From: Eledone cirrhosa
Taxonomy: Eukaryota
Direction of reading: 5' to 3'
NCBI GenBank assembly: GCA_964016885.1
Contig: OZ024747.1
Span: 61,194,001 to 61,258,000, forward strand
DNA length: 64,000 nucleotides
Shown one piece after another: positions 12,671-28,766 of this stretch; position 1 is the first letter of the stretch; the number at the start of each line of letters is the position of its first letter. Under the pieces are notes generated by a model. The model searched no databases and had not been told where the DNA came from. It saw nothing but the letters and a program-made list of their open reading frames with translations. A program made the position numbers and the translations under genes.

Positions 12671-13074
12671 GTTATTGTTATGATTGTTATTACTATTATG
12701 TATGAAAAAAAAATATTAATGCCAAAAATTCTGGCAAATATATATATTTCTGATTGAAACAAACTGCTCTCCCTAACAAAAACAGTAGCTATTTATATAC
12801 ATACACACACACATATATATATAAATATATATATATGTGTGTGTGTGTGTGCATACATACATACATACATACATATATACATACATACATACATACATAC
12901 ATACACACATACACACATACACACATACACACATATATGTATATGGGAAGTGAGGGAGAGGAGCAGAAGAGAAGAAAGTAAATGGTGGACTTCTGCAAAA
13001 AGGTGATTTCATACGTATACTTAGAAGTCAATGTTTCGATAAATTTGGAAGTATAATAGCATATTTCCAGCTAG

Positions 13075-13087
13075 GAGAGAGAGAGAG

Positions 13088-13121
<34 letters not shown>

Positions 13122-13658
13122 ACAGGTAGAGAGAAAGCTAGAGAGAGCTACAAGTAGACGGAGAGCTAGAGAGAGAGAGAGAGAGATAAAGACATAGAGA
13201 GGTAGAGAGAGAGAGAGATAAAGACATAGAGAGCTAAAGGTAGAGAGAGAGAGAGAGAGATAGAGACAGACAGAGCTAAAGGTAGAGAGAGAGAGAGAGA
13301 GAGATAGAGACAGACAGAGCTAAAGGTAGGGAGAGAGAGAGAGAGAGTGGGAGAGAGCGACTGAGAACCGAAATAAATATTGGCTCTTGAACAAGATCAA
13401 TTTATAAAAGTGAGATTTCTATGTTTGTGCTTGTTAGTTATTTTGTGGAAAATGCATGATTCTCATTGAGAAAAGCCAGCAGCAGCACAATAAAATACCA
13501 TAGTTGAGTGATTTAGTCATAACAATAAAATTTTCTGCCTGGACGAGAACTTTCAAGCAACTTCTAACCTTATTTATGATTTATTATCTACTGTCTAACA
13601 CACCTATAAATGTATATTGGAAATTCAATGAAAAACCAGGAAAAAAAGAAAACAGACG

Positions 13659-13716
<58 letters not shown>

Positions 13717-13764
13717 ACTCATGCAAAAAGAAACATAGCAAAGAATACCATCACCATAAATGTG

Positions 13765-13798
<34 letters not shown>

Positions 13799-14145
13799 TT
13801 ATATGTGTGTGTGTATATGTATATTTATATATAAATAATATATAAATATATATATATGTATGTATATTTATATGTATATAATATATATATATATATTTAT
13901 AATATAATATATATATTTATAATATATATATATAATATATATATATACATTATATATATATATATACATTATATATATATTTACATTATATATATATATA
14001 TACATTATACATTTTTATATATATACATTATAGATTTTATATATATATATATATATATATACATATACACATTATATATATATATATATATATATACATA
14101 TATATAATTTGCTCTACGGTTCTTATATATTTGATATATATACAT

Positions 14146-14179
<34 letters not shown>

Positions 14180-14182
14180 CAC

Positions 14183-14235
<53 letters not shown>
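13075..14235. repeat. (AG)n and (TA)n microsatellites flanking a short unique island (13360-13660)
   Basis: Directly visible. Confidence 0.9.
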
Positions 14236-14238
<3 letters not shown>

Positions 14239-14645
14239 AAAATCGTACAAAAACAACCCTAACGAACATCGTCATCATAAATACGTAATAATATATAAAG
14301 ATGTTTTGGAAATTCTGTGATACAATGGTATCTATTTGCAGTAACGTATCAAAGCAAATAACTTATTGAAAATCCATTGGTTTATATCTAATTCTCTCAT
14401 TTATAAATGCAGATATTACTCTTATATTTTATTTTTATCTATTATTATATATTTTTATCTATTTTCTCCTCCAACCCGCGTAAACAAATAAAAAGAAACA
14501 TTCCCTCTTGTTTATTACATCAAAACTCCTTTCCTAAAGAGTTTGAAATATGTAACAAAAGCTATGAACTTAATGTGTGTGTATGTGTGAGTGTACTGGG
14601 GCATACATATGTGTGTGTGTGTGTGCATTTCTTTAAACATATGTT

Positions 14646-14702
<57 letters not shown>

Positions 14703-14824
14703 AGGAGGTGAGTTTTATTGTAGCACAATAAAGCAAAGCAAATATCGGATAAGTAGCACTCTACAGTGTGTAGGACTGGAGTATAAATAATATAAGATCA
14801 AAAGATGGTTAAAAGAGTTCCAAG

Positions 14825-14895
14825 TATTTTATTATGCGCATTTCAAAAACAAATATCATCATGGGATGATATCTGCGTTTTCATCAGATAAAATA
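14825..14895 (-). ncRNA. Type I hammerhead ribozyme (minimal, PLE-type), minus-strand copy
   Basis: Reverse complement of 14938-15008 with one change in stem II. Confidence 0.8.
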
Positions 14896-14937
14896 GGGAT
14901 ACATGATATGTTTTTTAAGCTTCATATCATGTATCCC

Positions 14938-15008
14938 TATTTTATCTGATGAAAACGCAGATATCATCCCATGATGATATTTGTATTTGAAATGCGCATA
15001 ATAAAATA
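14938..15008 (+). ncRNA. Type I hammerhead ribozyme (minimal, PLE-type)
   Basis: Stem I TATTTTAT/ATAAAATA; core CTGATGA at 14946-52; 16-bp stem II with loop CCAT; GAAA at 14989-92; palindromic stem III A-TGCGCA-T; AUA triplet. Predicted cut after 15000. Confidence 0.82.
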
Positions 15009-15038
15009 CTTGGAACTCTTTTAACCATCTTTTGATCT

Positions 15039-15142
<104 letters not shown>

Positions 15143-15190
15143 ACAATTCATTATTTTCAGCAAATCTTTAAAACTGCAATTTTTATATAC

Positions 15191-15228
<38 letters not shown>

Positions 15229-15250
15229 CATATTTCTAATTTATATTATA

Positions 15251-16895
<1,645 letters not shown>

Positions 16896-16989
16896 ATCAC
16901 ACAAACCAACACAATTTCTTGTTAATATCTTTATTAATACATACATATCGATCTAAACCTTTACAATTGATATGTACATATATATGTGA

Positions 16990-17110
16990 GTCCCGAGTTG
17001 ACTCAGGGGTAACCACCGTTAGTAAGATACTGAATGTATTAGGGCTCTCCTGATGATTTCTTTTGAATGAAAACATTCTAGTCCTGTGGAAACTATTTCT
17101 ATATTAAACT
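16990..17110. mobile_element. PLE-like inverted remnant, family 2, with a hammerhead-like motif at 17041-17085
   Basis: AGGGC-TCTC-CTGATGA-TTTCTTTTGAAT-GAAA-ACATTC-TA-GTCCT. Homologous to 18028-18202 and 43933-44127. Confidence 0.55.
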
Positions 17111-17184
17111 TGATGGCGGTGCCCCAGCATAGCCTCACCTGGATGACTGGAACAGTTAAAAGAGTGAAATAGTATATATACATA

Positions 17185-17960
17185 TCATCATCATCATCAT
17201 CATCATCGTTTAACGTCCATCTTCCACGCTTGCATGGGTTTGGACGGGAATTTTCCCACTTGAGGCAAGATTTGTTGTCCTGCTCGTATAGGACTGTCTG
17301 GCGGGTTTTCTATGGCTGGATGCCCTTCCTAACACCAACCACGTTTACAGTGTGGACTGGGAGGTTTTTACCGTGTTACCTACACGGTCACATTACAGCA
17401 TGGACTGTCTGGCGGGTTTTCTACAGCTGGATGCCCTTCTTAACACCAACCACGTTTACAGTGTGGACTGGGAGGTTTTTACCGTGTTACCTACACGGTC
17501 ACATTACAGCGTGGACTGTCTGGCGGGTTTTCTACAGCTGGATGCCCTTCTTAACACCAACCACGTTTACAGTGTGGACTGGGAGGTTTTTACTGTGTTA
17601 CCTACACGGCCACATTACAGCGTGCACTGTGTGTTTTTTTGTCGTGACACCTACACGACCTCATTTATTTCGGACTGGATGTTGTGGTACCAACATATCT
17701 TTACATCGAAAGGGGTGGTGTGGATGTGGTGGGGGGTAGTGGGACGGGGGTGTATTTTTGTTAAGAGGTACCTACTGACTGTAGGTTTCGCTTTGTACTT
17801 AGGCAAGGCGGGTCTTCTGTGTTACTGTGTAGCGCCAAAGATCTCGGTCCAGTGACATTGTCTTGGAGAGGTGTAAGTGTGTGAGGTCGGAATTTATCAA
17901 GTCGTCCCAGGTTTTTCTGGGTCTGCCTACTCCGTGGCTACTGTCTATTTTTATCGCCCT
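17185..17960 (-). mobile_element. 5'-truncated RTE LINE: ORF end plus 3' UTR with a 3x ~120-bp internal duplication and (GAT)n tail
   Basis: Minus translation GVGRPRKTWDDLINSDLTHLHLSKTMSLDRDLWRYTV matches the end of the 39397 LINE. (CAT)n at 17185. Confidence 0.85.
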
Positions 17961-17962
17961 GC

Positions 17963-18000
<38 letters not shown>

Positions 18001-18027
18001 ATGATGATGATGATTTATATATAAATT

Positions 18028-18202
18028 TATCCCGGTTTCAATCGGGGATAACCACAGTAAGTAAGATACTCAATACATAGCAGAGTATAAATATTTAATA
18101 TAGAAATGGCTTCTACAGGACTAGAACTGTTTCATACAGGAGAAATCATCAAGGATGATTTCTCCCGAATGAAACAGTTCTAGTCCTGTATAAGCCATTT
18201 CT
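18028..18202. mobile_element. PLE-like inverted palindrome, family 2
   Basis: GAAATGGCTTCTACAGGACTAGAACTGTTTCAT...ATGAAACAGTTCTAGTCCTGTATAAGCCATTTC hairpin with a longer left arm, between microsatellites. Confidence 0.65.
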
Positions 18203-18326
18203 CTCTCTCTATATATATATATATATATAACAAAGGAGGTGTGGTAAGGAACCAGATGGACCATAACGCACCAGAGTAATAGAATAAATATGGTTTTATA
18301 AATATAGTTTCTATTTATTAATATCA

Positions 18327-19012
18327 CTAGCAGAAAAACCAACCTTAGAGTGGTTTTTCTGCTAGCATGTGTAGTGTGTATATTGATATTATACGCAGGT
18401 ATATATACATGTAGATATGATCAAATAAAATCGTAATTGACAATATACACAGAAATTGAAAGAAGACTGTCTTATGTAATCAGTAACGTAATCCATGATA
18501 CATTTAAAAAAGACGATATTATATATATACTGCATTAGGAGAAAATTAGTATGTTTATTTAAGTGATCGCCACTAGAAGTGTTGATATCACACTCGCTCT
18601 CTTTCTATATATATCGTAGTTGAAGTGGTGGTGGTGGTGGCAACGATATACCGGAAGTGCAACTTTGAAAAGAAGTCAATTTTAAATTATTTATTTTTAC
18701 GAAATTTAGTAGATAAATTATGTAATATTCATTCATTATTTGGCAGTATTGGTAGAGGGTTGAACGCCATGCTTTGACGTATAGAGTTACGGCCCTTGCC
18801 ATTCCGAGTTCAAATCCCGCCAAGGTTAACTTTGCCTTTCATCCTTACGGGGTCGATAAAATAAAGTAGCAGTAATGCACTGGGTAATTGCTGGCCTTGT
18901 GCCATAAGTAGAAACAATTATTTATTCAAAGTAATCCAACTTATTTTACAACGGGATAAAAAAAAACAAAAACGTATGCAGTCTTGCAGACCTTCCTTTA
19001 TTATACTTTAGA
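18327..19012 (-). mobile_element. Non-autonomous Helitron, family 2, copy 1, containing a SINE
   Basis: Terminal hairpin CTAGCAGAAAAACC/GGTTTTTCTGCTAG with CTAG|T 3' end; 5' end A|TCTAAAGTATAATAAAG. Colinear with 45422-45928. Confidence 0.8.
18742..18923 (+). mobile_element. tRNA-derived SINE family A (Meta/MESC-like central domain)
   Basis: A-box TGGCAGTATTGG, B-box GAGTTCAAATCC and core GCCTTTCATCCTTACGGGGTCGATAAAATAAAGTA. It is absent from the homologous Helitron site near 45836. Confidence 0.85.
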
Positions 19013-19032
19013 TTGATATATATATATATATG

Positions 19033-19064
<32 letters not shown>

Positions 19065-19216
19065 TGTATGTATGTATGTATGTATGTATACCTTTCATTT
19101 ATATATATATATATATATATATCTTATCTAATTCTCTAACTGTTCTGCAAAGACTGGTATTTTATTTTATAGAAGTATAAAAGACAGACTTACATTTTAA
19201 TAATAATAATAATAAT

Positions 19217-19291
<75 letters not shown>

Positions 19292-19333
19292 ATGAGTATG
19301 TAGGCGTTCTTTGATTTCTTTTACATATATATA

Positions 19334-20180
19334 CAGGGTGCGGACGATATTTGTTCACAAGATTACTGTCTAGGAAAAAGTAACACAGTAGTTTTATTTT
19401 TTAAGATTTATTTATCAAACTTGGGTCAGTTTGTCTTCATGACTTGTTCTTTCGATCTCACTCGATAAACCCACCATTGGCTTTGATGATGGTCTCAAGG
19501 CGGACTCGTAACCAGCTACAAGCCTTTGTCACTATCCCCCGACTTAGGCCCCTAAAGGCACTTGTGATCCTGGCATTCAGATCGTCTTTTGCATTGCAGC
19601 TAGATCTGTTGGTGTCTTGTTCCACTGTGTCCCACACAAAGAAGTCGAGGACGTTGCAGTCAGGTGAGCTGGGAGGCCAGATGTCAGGTGAAGTGTGGTC
19701 GAAGAAGTTCTCTGACAGCCAGGCTTGGGTCTTTCAGCTGGTATGGCAGGGCGCTGAGTCTTGCTGCCACACGTACGGCCTACCTGCAGCTACCTGGTCG
19801 ATCCACGCCTTTCTCCCTTGCAATGGCACGCATCGACTTGCTAGGTTCATTGTTGATGATATCCTGAACTTCAGCGATGAACTCGGGCGTTCTGAAGGCG
19901 TCAGATCATCGATCATGTGTTTTCCTCTCTGATGTTGCTTTGTAGTCGAATCCTGAATCTTCCAATTCCTTTCTGACCTTTTCCACCATTCTCCTGCTGA
20001 CGCTGAGAAAGTCTGAAATTTCCTTATTTGTCCTCCCGTCGCGGATTCCAAGAAGAACTCTGTGTCTCTTCCACAAATTTGGAGGTTCAAAATTATTCAT
20101 AATCAATTATTCTGAAAATAAATAATGGAAATATAGTCACTGTTTTTATGAAGACAAGAGTGACAACGAAAGTAAAAAAA
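19334..20180 (-). mobile_element. Tc1/mariner superfamily (maT/DD37D-like) transposon relic, internally deleted
   Basis: TA|CAGGGTG end at 19334. Degenerate ORF 20106-19458 has an HTH (RTNKEISDFLSVSRRMVEKV) and YVWQQDSAPCHT...IWPPSSPDCNVLDFFVW...KANGGFIE. Confidence 0.85.
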
Positions 20181-20962
20181 ATTTGCATAAAATTAGCAGT
20201 TGAAGATGTTTATTTTTACATTGTTTGTATTTATATTTTATTATTTAATTATTCTCCCCACCTTTCGTTGTCAACACGTCCCTTTATGGCTTTATTTTTA
20301 TTTTTATTTTTATTTTTATTTTTATTTTTATTTTTATTTTTATTTTTATTTTTATTTTTATTTTTATTTTTATTTTTATTTTCTTATATATTTTCTTATA
20401 TAATGAAAATTATTGTGTACAGTGCTCAGGTGCATTACAACTCATCAAATGTACATGTATAGCACATAGAATAAAGTACAAGTGTTAGGAAAGTGAACAG
20501 TGTATGAGCCATGATATACACCCATGATTTGAACTCAGTACGAAGGCAACCAGAATAACTGGTGCAAGATATTGATTGCAGAAACCTTGCTAGCAAAGGA
20601 AATAGTGATGATGATGGTGATGGTGGTGGTGGTGGTGGTGGTGGTGGTGGTGGTGGTGATGGTGGTGGTGGCAAATCTTATGCTTCTGCCACACATAAAT
20701 GTCACTATGGATATTTTTATCCCTCTCTCTCCCTCCTGAAAATAGAGAAGGCATTAGGAGACCTCTGTGATGTACCTGTCTGGAGGTAATATAAGAGGAT
20801 CTCAGAAGTTTAAGTGTAGCAAGATGATGATGATGGTGGTGGTGGTAGGTGGTGGTGGTGATGATAATGGTGGATGACGGTGATATTACTAGAGTATCCG
20901 TGAGGATTATTACACATTGCACTGTCGTCAAGAGCGATTATATATATATATATATATATATT

Positions 20963-21007
<45 letters not shown>

Positions 21008-21400
21008 CATAGTGGTTGTAGATATAGCTGAGTCGACAACTTTAATGAACAAAAAACACCTACAGCTCAAGAGAAGACAACTTAATACTATGCAGTGTAA
21101 TTTTTATTGACAGCTAAATTCCAGGAAAGTTTTCTGCACTTCTCCAGTGATTCCAGTAGCTGTAACAGTTAAATTCCAATTATAGCAATAATACAGCTAA
21201 TAAAAGTCACTTAATAATACAAAGTTGGAGAAATAAATTCATTCAATATTTTCACTACTTTATTGTGGTTTATTAAATGCTATGAATATGTCAGACTACA
21301 CACCCTGACAATATTCTGTGTACTGTCAATGGATCTTATAGCAGTTTTCATTTTATTTACAATTTATTTGTTATTTGGAATTTTTTCAGTTCATGATTAA

Positions 21401-21996
21401 CCCTTTAGCATTTACATTATTCTATATTTACCGTGAATTGGCAGTATCGGTAGAGGGTCGGACATGCTTTCCAGCGTAGTTACGTCCCTTTACGATCTGA
21501 GTTCAAATCCCGCCAAGGTTAACTTTGCCTTTCATCCTTATGGGGTCGATAAAATAAAGTACCAGTAATTATACTGCGTAATTGCTGTCCTTGTGCCAAA
21601 AAGTAGAAACAATTATTCTATATTTACGGTGGATTGACAGTATCGGTCAAGGGTCGGACGCCATGGTTATCAGCATAGAGTCACGACCCTTTACGGTCTG
21701 AGTTCAAATCCCGCCAAGGTTAAGTTTGCCTTTCAACCTTATGGGGTTGATAAAATAAAGCACCAATAATACACTGGGAAGATAGAAACAATTATTCTAT
21801 ATTTACTATTGGATTTTCATGGTAAACTCTTTATCACACATAATTATCTCACATAATATCGAATCTCCTAGATTTTTATATTATTCATTTTGAGAACAAT
21901 ACCTTGACATCAGTATGAGCAGCCAGTTACAGATAGTTTGAACAGAAGGAGGAGAGAAAATTCTGGCCGGATACAGCCAGTTTAAATGCGAAAGGG
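21401..21996. mobile_element. piggyBac-type TTAA MITE (family C) carrying two SINE A copies (21432-21611, 21628-21790)
   Basis: TTAA|CCCTTTAGCATTTA ... TAAATGCGAAAGGG|TTAA. The SINEs are bounded by ATTATTCTATATTTAC three times. Confidence 0.85.
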
Positions 21997-22015
21997 TTAA
22001 GGTTTTTCCAAATAT

Positions 22016-22203
22016 AATAATTATTTCTAAATTTGGCACAAGGCCAGCAATTATCCAGTACATTACTGGTACTTTATTTTATCGACCCCGTAAGGATGAA
22101 AGGTGAAGTTAACCTCAGTGGGATTCAAACTCAGATCGTAAAGAGACGTAACTATGCTGGAAAGCATGGCATCCGACCCTCTACCGATACTGCCAATCCA
22201 CCG
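22016..22203 (-). mobile_element. SINE family A
   Basis: Reverse complement of the family A consensus. Confidence 0.85.
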
Positions 22204-22443
22204 AATGAAAATTATTGTGATCAGTACTCAGGTGAACTATTACTCATCAAAGCTGCCTGTATAGTATGTAGAATAATGTACAAATGTCAGAAAAGTGAAC
22301 AGTGAATGGACCATAATATACACACAGACACACATGGAAGGGGAATATCAGTTGTAGCGAATTTCAGGTGGAATTGAAGTTTTGAAGGATACAGTGAGAC
22401 TATTTATCAAATTTTGTTGTCTTCTCTATCTTTCAAATATTAA

Positions 22444-22588
22444 CCCTTTCATTACTTTATTTCTAATGGAAGACACTACCCATGATTTTTAAATAATTTT
22501 GAAAATTATCAAGATTTTGGAAAGATTTAGTAAACACTTTAATATCATGGCATCAGGGATGGCTTTAGATGGTTTGATATCAAAAGGG
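22444..22588. mobile_element. piggyBac-type TTAA MITE (family D)
   Basis: TTAA|CCCTTT ... AAAGGG|TTAA; related to 45107-45330 in opposite orientation. Confidence 0.6.
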
Positions 22589-22657
22589 TTAAATAATATC
22601 TTCCTTATTTTTATACAGAGATATCAATACAAAATTAAATCTACTTTGCCCTATACA

Positions 22658-23178
22658 TGAGGTCTGTCTGGAAAGTAACAAGACTAATCACGTTCTTCGG
22701 CATGAAAGGCATCGTCCACAGTAAGTTCTTACCACAGGACCAGACGACCAATGTGCAAGTCTACAAAGAGGTCCTGTGGTGTTTGCTTTGCTCAGTGCTC
22801 AAGAAGAGACGAGAGTTGTGGCTGCTTCACTGCACCTGTTCACAATGCCCTGAGCATCCGGCAGTTCCTGGCTGAGAAGAACATCGCCGTACTGGAACAC
22901 CCTCCTTATTCACCTGATCTTGTACTGTGTGACTTTTTTCTTTTCCCCAAACTCAAGGGGTCATCAAGGGGACCCATTTTGAAGGTGTGGAGGCCATCAA
23001 GAAGGCCACAATGAAGGAGCTGAGGGGTATCCCAGAGGAATCCTTCCAGCAGTGCATAGAAGTGTGGGTAAATCATTAGACTCTAAGGGGATTACTTTGA
23101 AGCAGAAACTATGCAGTTTTTTGTTTGGAATTGAAATAAATTGTGACACCGGTTCCATTACTTTTCAGATAGACCTTG
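22658..23178 (+). mobile_element. Internally deleted mariner (DD34D) element
   Basis: TIRs GAGGTCTGTCTGGAAAGTAA and TTACTTTTCAGATAGACCTTG|TA. Transposase remnants FFGMKGIVHSKFLP and HPPYSPDLVLCDFFLFPKLK. Confidence 0.88.
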
Positions 23179-23824
23179 TACAATACATTGTCTTAAAGAT
23201 TAATATTTCAATGTTATATAAATATTCCCAAGTAGCACTAAATCAAATCAATCCTAGGACATCAGCACCTATTTAAAGGACTTTTCTAGGTCTATCATTT
23301 AAAGCTATGTATAGTAGATACTAGACAAAGTTATATCATCAACACTATCACCATCTTTTCGTGTTTGTTTCTTCATGCTCACATTGGTTGGGTGGAACAT
23401 AACAGACTATGTCAATACTTAATCAAAGCTTCTGTCCTGACAGATGGGTCAAGAGACCACCTTTAGCTCAATATTTTCCATTTTTGGCATGTTTTTTATT
23501 TATAATTAGATGCCCATCTATCAACAAACACTTTACAGAGAGTACTGGGTGCATTTTATGTTGGTGCTAGCACTAGGAAGGTGTTTTATGTTGTTAATGT
23601 GACTGAAGGGTCTTCTGTACCAATGTACTAAAAATGTATTAAGTCAGAAGGATTATATTATTATTTCATGTTGATAATAAAGAATTTTAAATAATAAACA
23701 AGCAATCAAGAACTGGAGGTGATATGTCTTTTAAAAATATATCCTTGACTCATTCATAATTTACTTCGAAAGAATATTTCAATGGACATTTTGCAGCCTT
23801 ACATAGGCACAAACATTTGTTTCA

Positions 23825-24156
23825 CATCATCATCATCATCATCATCATCATTTTACGTCCGCTTTTCCCTGCTTGCAAGGGTGGGACGGAAACTGATTCT
23901 GGCTTGATTTCTACAGCTGGATGCCCTTCCTAACACCAACCCCATTTACAGTGAGTGCTGGCACCTCCACAACCACTTTGCTGTGGAATGATATGGACCC
24001 CAGTCCCTATCATCTCATTTCTACAGCTGAGTAAACTGGAGCAATGTGAAATAAAGTGTCTTGCTCAAGGAAACAACACATCACCCGGTCTGAGAATTGA
24101 ACTCACAACCTTTCGATTGCAAGGCCAATGCTCTAACCACTAAGCCATGTGCCTCC
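23825..24156 (-). mobile_element. tRNA-derived SINE family B (CORE-like domain, RTE-derived tail)
   Basis: Reverse complement of 33664-33983 with a (CAT)n tail. Confidence 0.85.
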
Positions 24157-25109
24157 TCTACACTAAAATGAAATTTTGTCTTGGGTATTTAAACCTGGTA
24201 GAACACAACAGATTTCTCCCAGAGAGAGAGAGAGAGGGGGGGGAGTAAACTACCTCAGTACTAGACTGGTACTTTAGTTATCAATGTCAAAAGGATGAAA
24301 GGAAAATTTAATGTTAACACGTTAACCACAGCAGGATTTGAACAATCCAAGCACAATCAGAATGGAATAAAGAGTGCAAAGCTTTCTATCCAACATCCTA
24401 TCGTCTGCCAACTTGCCAATTATATATCATTTGTTGAGGTGAGAGACATTTAAATAAAAACCACTCCAGCATCCAGTAGCTAACAGCAGATTTTACTGCA
24501 ATTCTTCATCAGCAAACATAAATCTAAAGAAAAAGCTATTGAAGACATTACAATGACATTTATATTGACCAAAGTAGACTAAAGGGGAAAATTACGATGG
24601 TCAAACCTTGTTGTAAACTCTTGCTGTCCATTATACATATTTTATTAAAATATTGTACAGAACAGAAAATATTTCATTGATATACATACACGCATTATAT
24701 ATATGTGTGTGTATATATATATATATATACGTGTTTGTGAGTGTGTGTGTGTGTGTGTATATATATGTGTGTTTGTGAGTGTGTGTGTGTGTATATATAT
24801 ATACATGTGTGTGTGTGTATGTATATATATATATGTGTGTGTGTGAGTGGGTATGTATATATATATGTGTGTGTGTATATATATATATATACGTGTTTGT
24901 GTGTGTGTGTATATATATATATATACGTGTTTGTGTGTGTGTGTATATATATATATATGTGTTTGTGAGTGTGTGTGTGTGTATATATATATACATGTTT
25001 GTGTGTGTGTATGTGTATATATATGTGTGTGTGTGTGTGTGTATATATATGTGTGTGAGTGTGTGTGTGTGTGTGTGTATATATATGTGTGTTTGTGTGT
25101 GTGTATGTG

Positions 25110-25193
<84 letters not shown>

Positions 25194-25311
25194 AATGCGT
25201 ATATGTATACATATGTGCTGCATGTGTGTTGATGTGAGTGTGTATATGCATGCATATATATATGTGTATATATATATATATACATATATATATGCGTGTG
25301 TGTATGTATTA

Positions 25312-25351
<40 letters not shown>

Positions 25352-26027
25352 TTATATGGATCTGAAGGGAAAATTTATGGTGGTCAAATCATATTGACCG
25401 TAACACCATATTTTATCCTAATATTCTACAGAAATAGTCTTATGATATATTTGTCATTTCTTCCTATCTTCATGCAACAAATTCTTCACAGTGACAAGAA
25501 GAGTTTAAATTTAAAATAACAGAAACCAAAAGTCCACAAGACTCTCTCTTCCACTTTATCTCACTCACTACTATTCCCATACTTTTAAATGGCTAAGTGA
25601 TCAGCAATGGCATATTATGGAGTGGTAGAATTTGTAGAGCAGCAGACAAAATATATTGTAGGATTTAACTATGAACTCTGAGTCTCTTGCTCCAGGAGAA
25701 GGTCACTTTGATATAAAACCTTTTGACTTCGTTTGCATCCAATGATGTAAACAAGTTCTTTTTGGGTAAATGCATTCAATGTTCAGAGAATGGGATTGGT
25801 CCCTCACTTAAAAAAGCTTCAAGCACAGGCATCGCTTGATATGTGTCATTTTTTGCAACGCATGGCATTGCTGGCCACAGGCAAGTCCCTAGCAGAACTA
25901 GGAAGCCAAGTTCATAATTCTCATGCTTAAATATCAAGTGGTGATATTACTCGAAATTGAGTTGCAGCCATCATCATCATATATGTATGTACATGCATAC
26001 GTGTATATGTACGTACGTATGTGCGTG

Positions 26028-26062
<35 letters not shown>

Positions 26063-26542
26063 AGTTCTCTTTCATATTTTATCTTTTACTTTCTATAATC
26101 CTCAGTCATTCTCACTCTTTATCATTTCTTGTAGACCTATCACACACACACACACAGACACACACACACACACACATACACATACAGAATCTCTCTTCTA
26201 TACTTTCCTATATATACACAAATTCATACACAATTTCACACACACACACGCATGCATTCCCTCTCTTCTATACTTTCCTATAAATGCACAAATTCATGCA
26301 CAATTTCACACATAAGCATACACACACTCACACAGGGCCTCTCACTCTCTCTCCTATCCTTTTTTATATATACACAATTTCACACACACACACACACTCT
26401 CTCTCTCTCTCTCTCCTTTCCTATATATACACCAATTGAGACCCTCACACCTTGAATCATGTTCTCCCAGGCAAAAACTGAGAATCAAATCTAACATACA
26501 TTCCATTCCAACACATTATTATTATTATTATTATTACTACTA

Positions 26543-26573
<31 letters not shown>

Positions 26574-27002
26574 CGTTCAGCTATTCATTTCATTTGGTTG
26601 CTATCAGTAAAAGATGTCCCAATATACTGTAGCATTCTCCAATATCCTATATATAGCTCTTCGCAGCTTGTAAGCACACTTCTGACAACCTTTCATCATA
26701 TTAACTTTTTATATTTATCTTCTCCTTACAACTTATAACTTTCTTTCCATTTCTAATATTTCTGTTTTTAGAAAAAAAAAAAAAAAAAAAAAACACTTTT
26801 CCATTAAATCTATTTTTTTTTTCTTGTGTTTCTATTCAGTTTTTGGTTTGGTTTGACATCACTGTAAGCCCAACACATCAAACACGACATTTATTTTTTG
26901 AGAGTTTCATTCAGTTTTTCAGGGGGGTTTCTTTTCTGCTTTTATTATTATTATTTTTTTTTATTTTTTGATATTTCAAAGGTGGGAAGTTATGGATGAA
27001 GA

Positions 27003-27825
27003 ATTATGACACATTTCGTCTATGTTCAGATCACTCCAGCCATGCCCCCCCCCCCTCATACACTGACCACTGTCCAGATTATGACACGTTTTGTCTATGT
27101 TCAAATCACACCAGCCATGCCCCCCTCCATACACTGACCACTGTCCATTAATGTCCAGATTATGATACATTTCGTCTAAGTTCAGATCACTCCAGCCATG
27201 TCCTCTCCATACACTGACCAGTGTCCATTAATGTCCAGATTATGACACATTTCGTCTATGTTCAGATCACTCTGGATATCCCTCCTCCATACATACACTG
27301 ACCAATGTCCAGTATATGACATGTTACATCTATGTACACACCACTCCAGCCATCTCCCCTCTATACAGACCACTCCAGCCATCTCTCCTCTAAATAGACC
27401 ACTCCAGCCATCTCTCCTCTATACACACACTGACCAGTGTCCAAGAATGTCCAGACATCTTACATCTATGACCACTCCAACCATCTCCCCTCTATATAGA
27501 CCAATCCAGCCACATCTCCTCTATACAGACCACTCCAGCCATCTCTCCTCTATACACACACTGACCGGTGTCCAAGAATGTCCAGACATCTTACATCTAT
27601 GACCCCTCCAGCCATCTCTCCTCTATACACACACTGACCAGTGTCCAAAAATGTCCAGACATCTTACATCTATGACCACTCCAGCCATTTCTCCTCTATA
27701 TAGACCAATCCAGCCACATCTCCTCTATACAGACCACTCCAGCCATCTCTCCTCTATACACACACTGACCAGTATCCAAGAATGTCCAGATATCTTACAT
27801 CTATGACCACTCCAGCCATTTCTCC
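27003..27825. repeat. Compound minisatellite (CACTCCAGCCAT / CACTGACCAGTGTCC modules)
   Basis: ~75-80-bp units, then ~100-150-bp higher-order units. Confidence 0.8.
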
Positions 27826-28548
27826 TCAAAACAACCAAAATCTGTTTTAACAATCAATGTTTACCGCCTCATGTGACATGGAAGAATGACTCAATACAAA
27901 GTATATAAGAGGGAAGTTCAGTCAGTACATTAATCTAGGGCTCATAAAGATTTGATCCCTCACATCATAGAATCCTCTCAAATCCCCATGAAATTTGAAG
28001 AGTTATTCTGCCCATCCTCCATCATTGACTTATAAATAGTCATGTTTAGGACTGCACAGTTTTTCTTAGAGTCCCTAGTTGGGTCTTAGCTCTATTGTTA
28101 CCATATTTCCAATGAAATTAATTTTGAAAATAATAAAAAAAATTTGGAAGGATTTAGTCAAATAACTTTGTTGATATTAAGCTGGGGTTTGGAACATAAC
28201 TTAACAAAGGTTCTTATATAAAATCATGGTGGAATGATTTAGATAAATATAAACACTTTAAAATAAATTGTTTTGTATCATGAAACCAGGGGTTTCAGAT
28301 GGTTTTTAATTTATTTCAATTAATTGATGAATTTTGAGGGACTTACTAAAATTATTAATTATTTTACTACCAAGATATTAATTTAACATACCTTTCTTAT
28401 TAAAAATTTATCCTGGAATCTCTTAGTTTAAATAGGATCCCTTTAAAATGATTGTGTATTTTTTCCATAGAATCAGAGCCAGTTGTGGGCAGGCTGGTAT
28501 CATCATCATCACTGTTTACCATCTATTTTCCATGCTTGCATGTATTAA

Positions 28549-28766
28549 CCTTTTAGTATTTACATTACTCTATATTTACTATTATATTTCCATGATAAAA
28601 GCTTTACCTCACATAGTTATCTCACCTAATATTGAATCTATGAGATTTTGATATTTATTTTGAGAACAATACCTTAACATCAGTATCAGTGGCCAGTAAC
28701 AGCGAATTTGAACAGAAAGAGGTGAGAGAATTCTGGCCAGATTCAGCTGGTTTAAATGCTAAAGGG
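28549..28766. mobile_element. piggyBac-type MITE family C
   Basis: TTAA TSD, with ends CCTTTTAGTATTTA and TAAATGCTAAAGGG. Confidence 0.85.
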
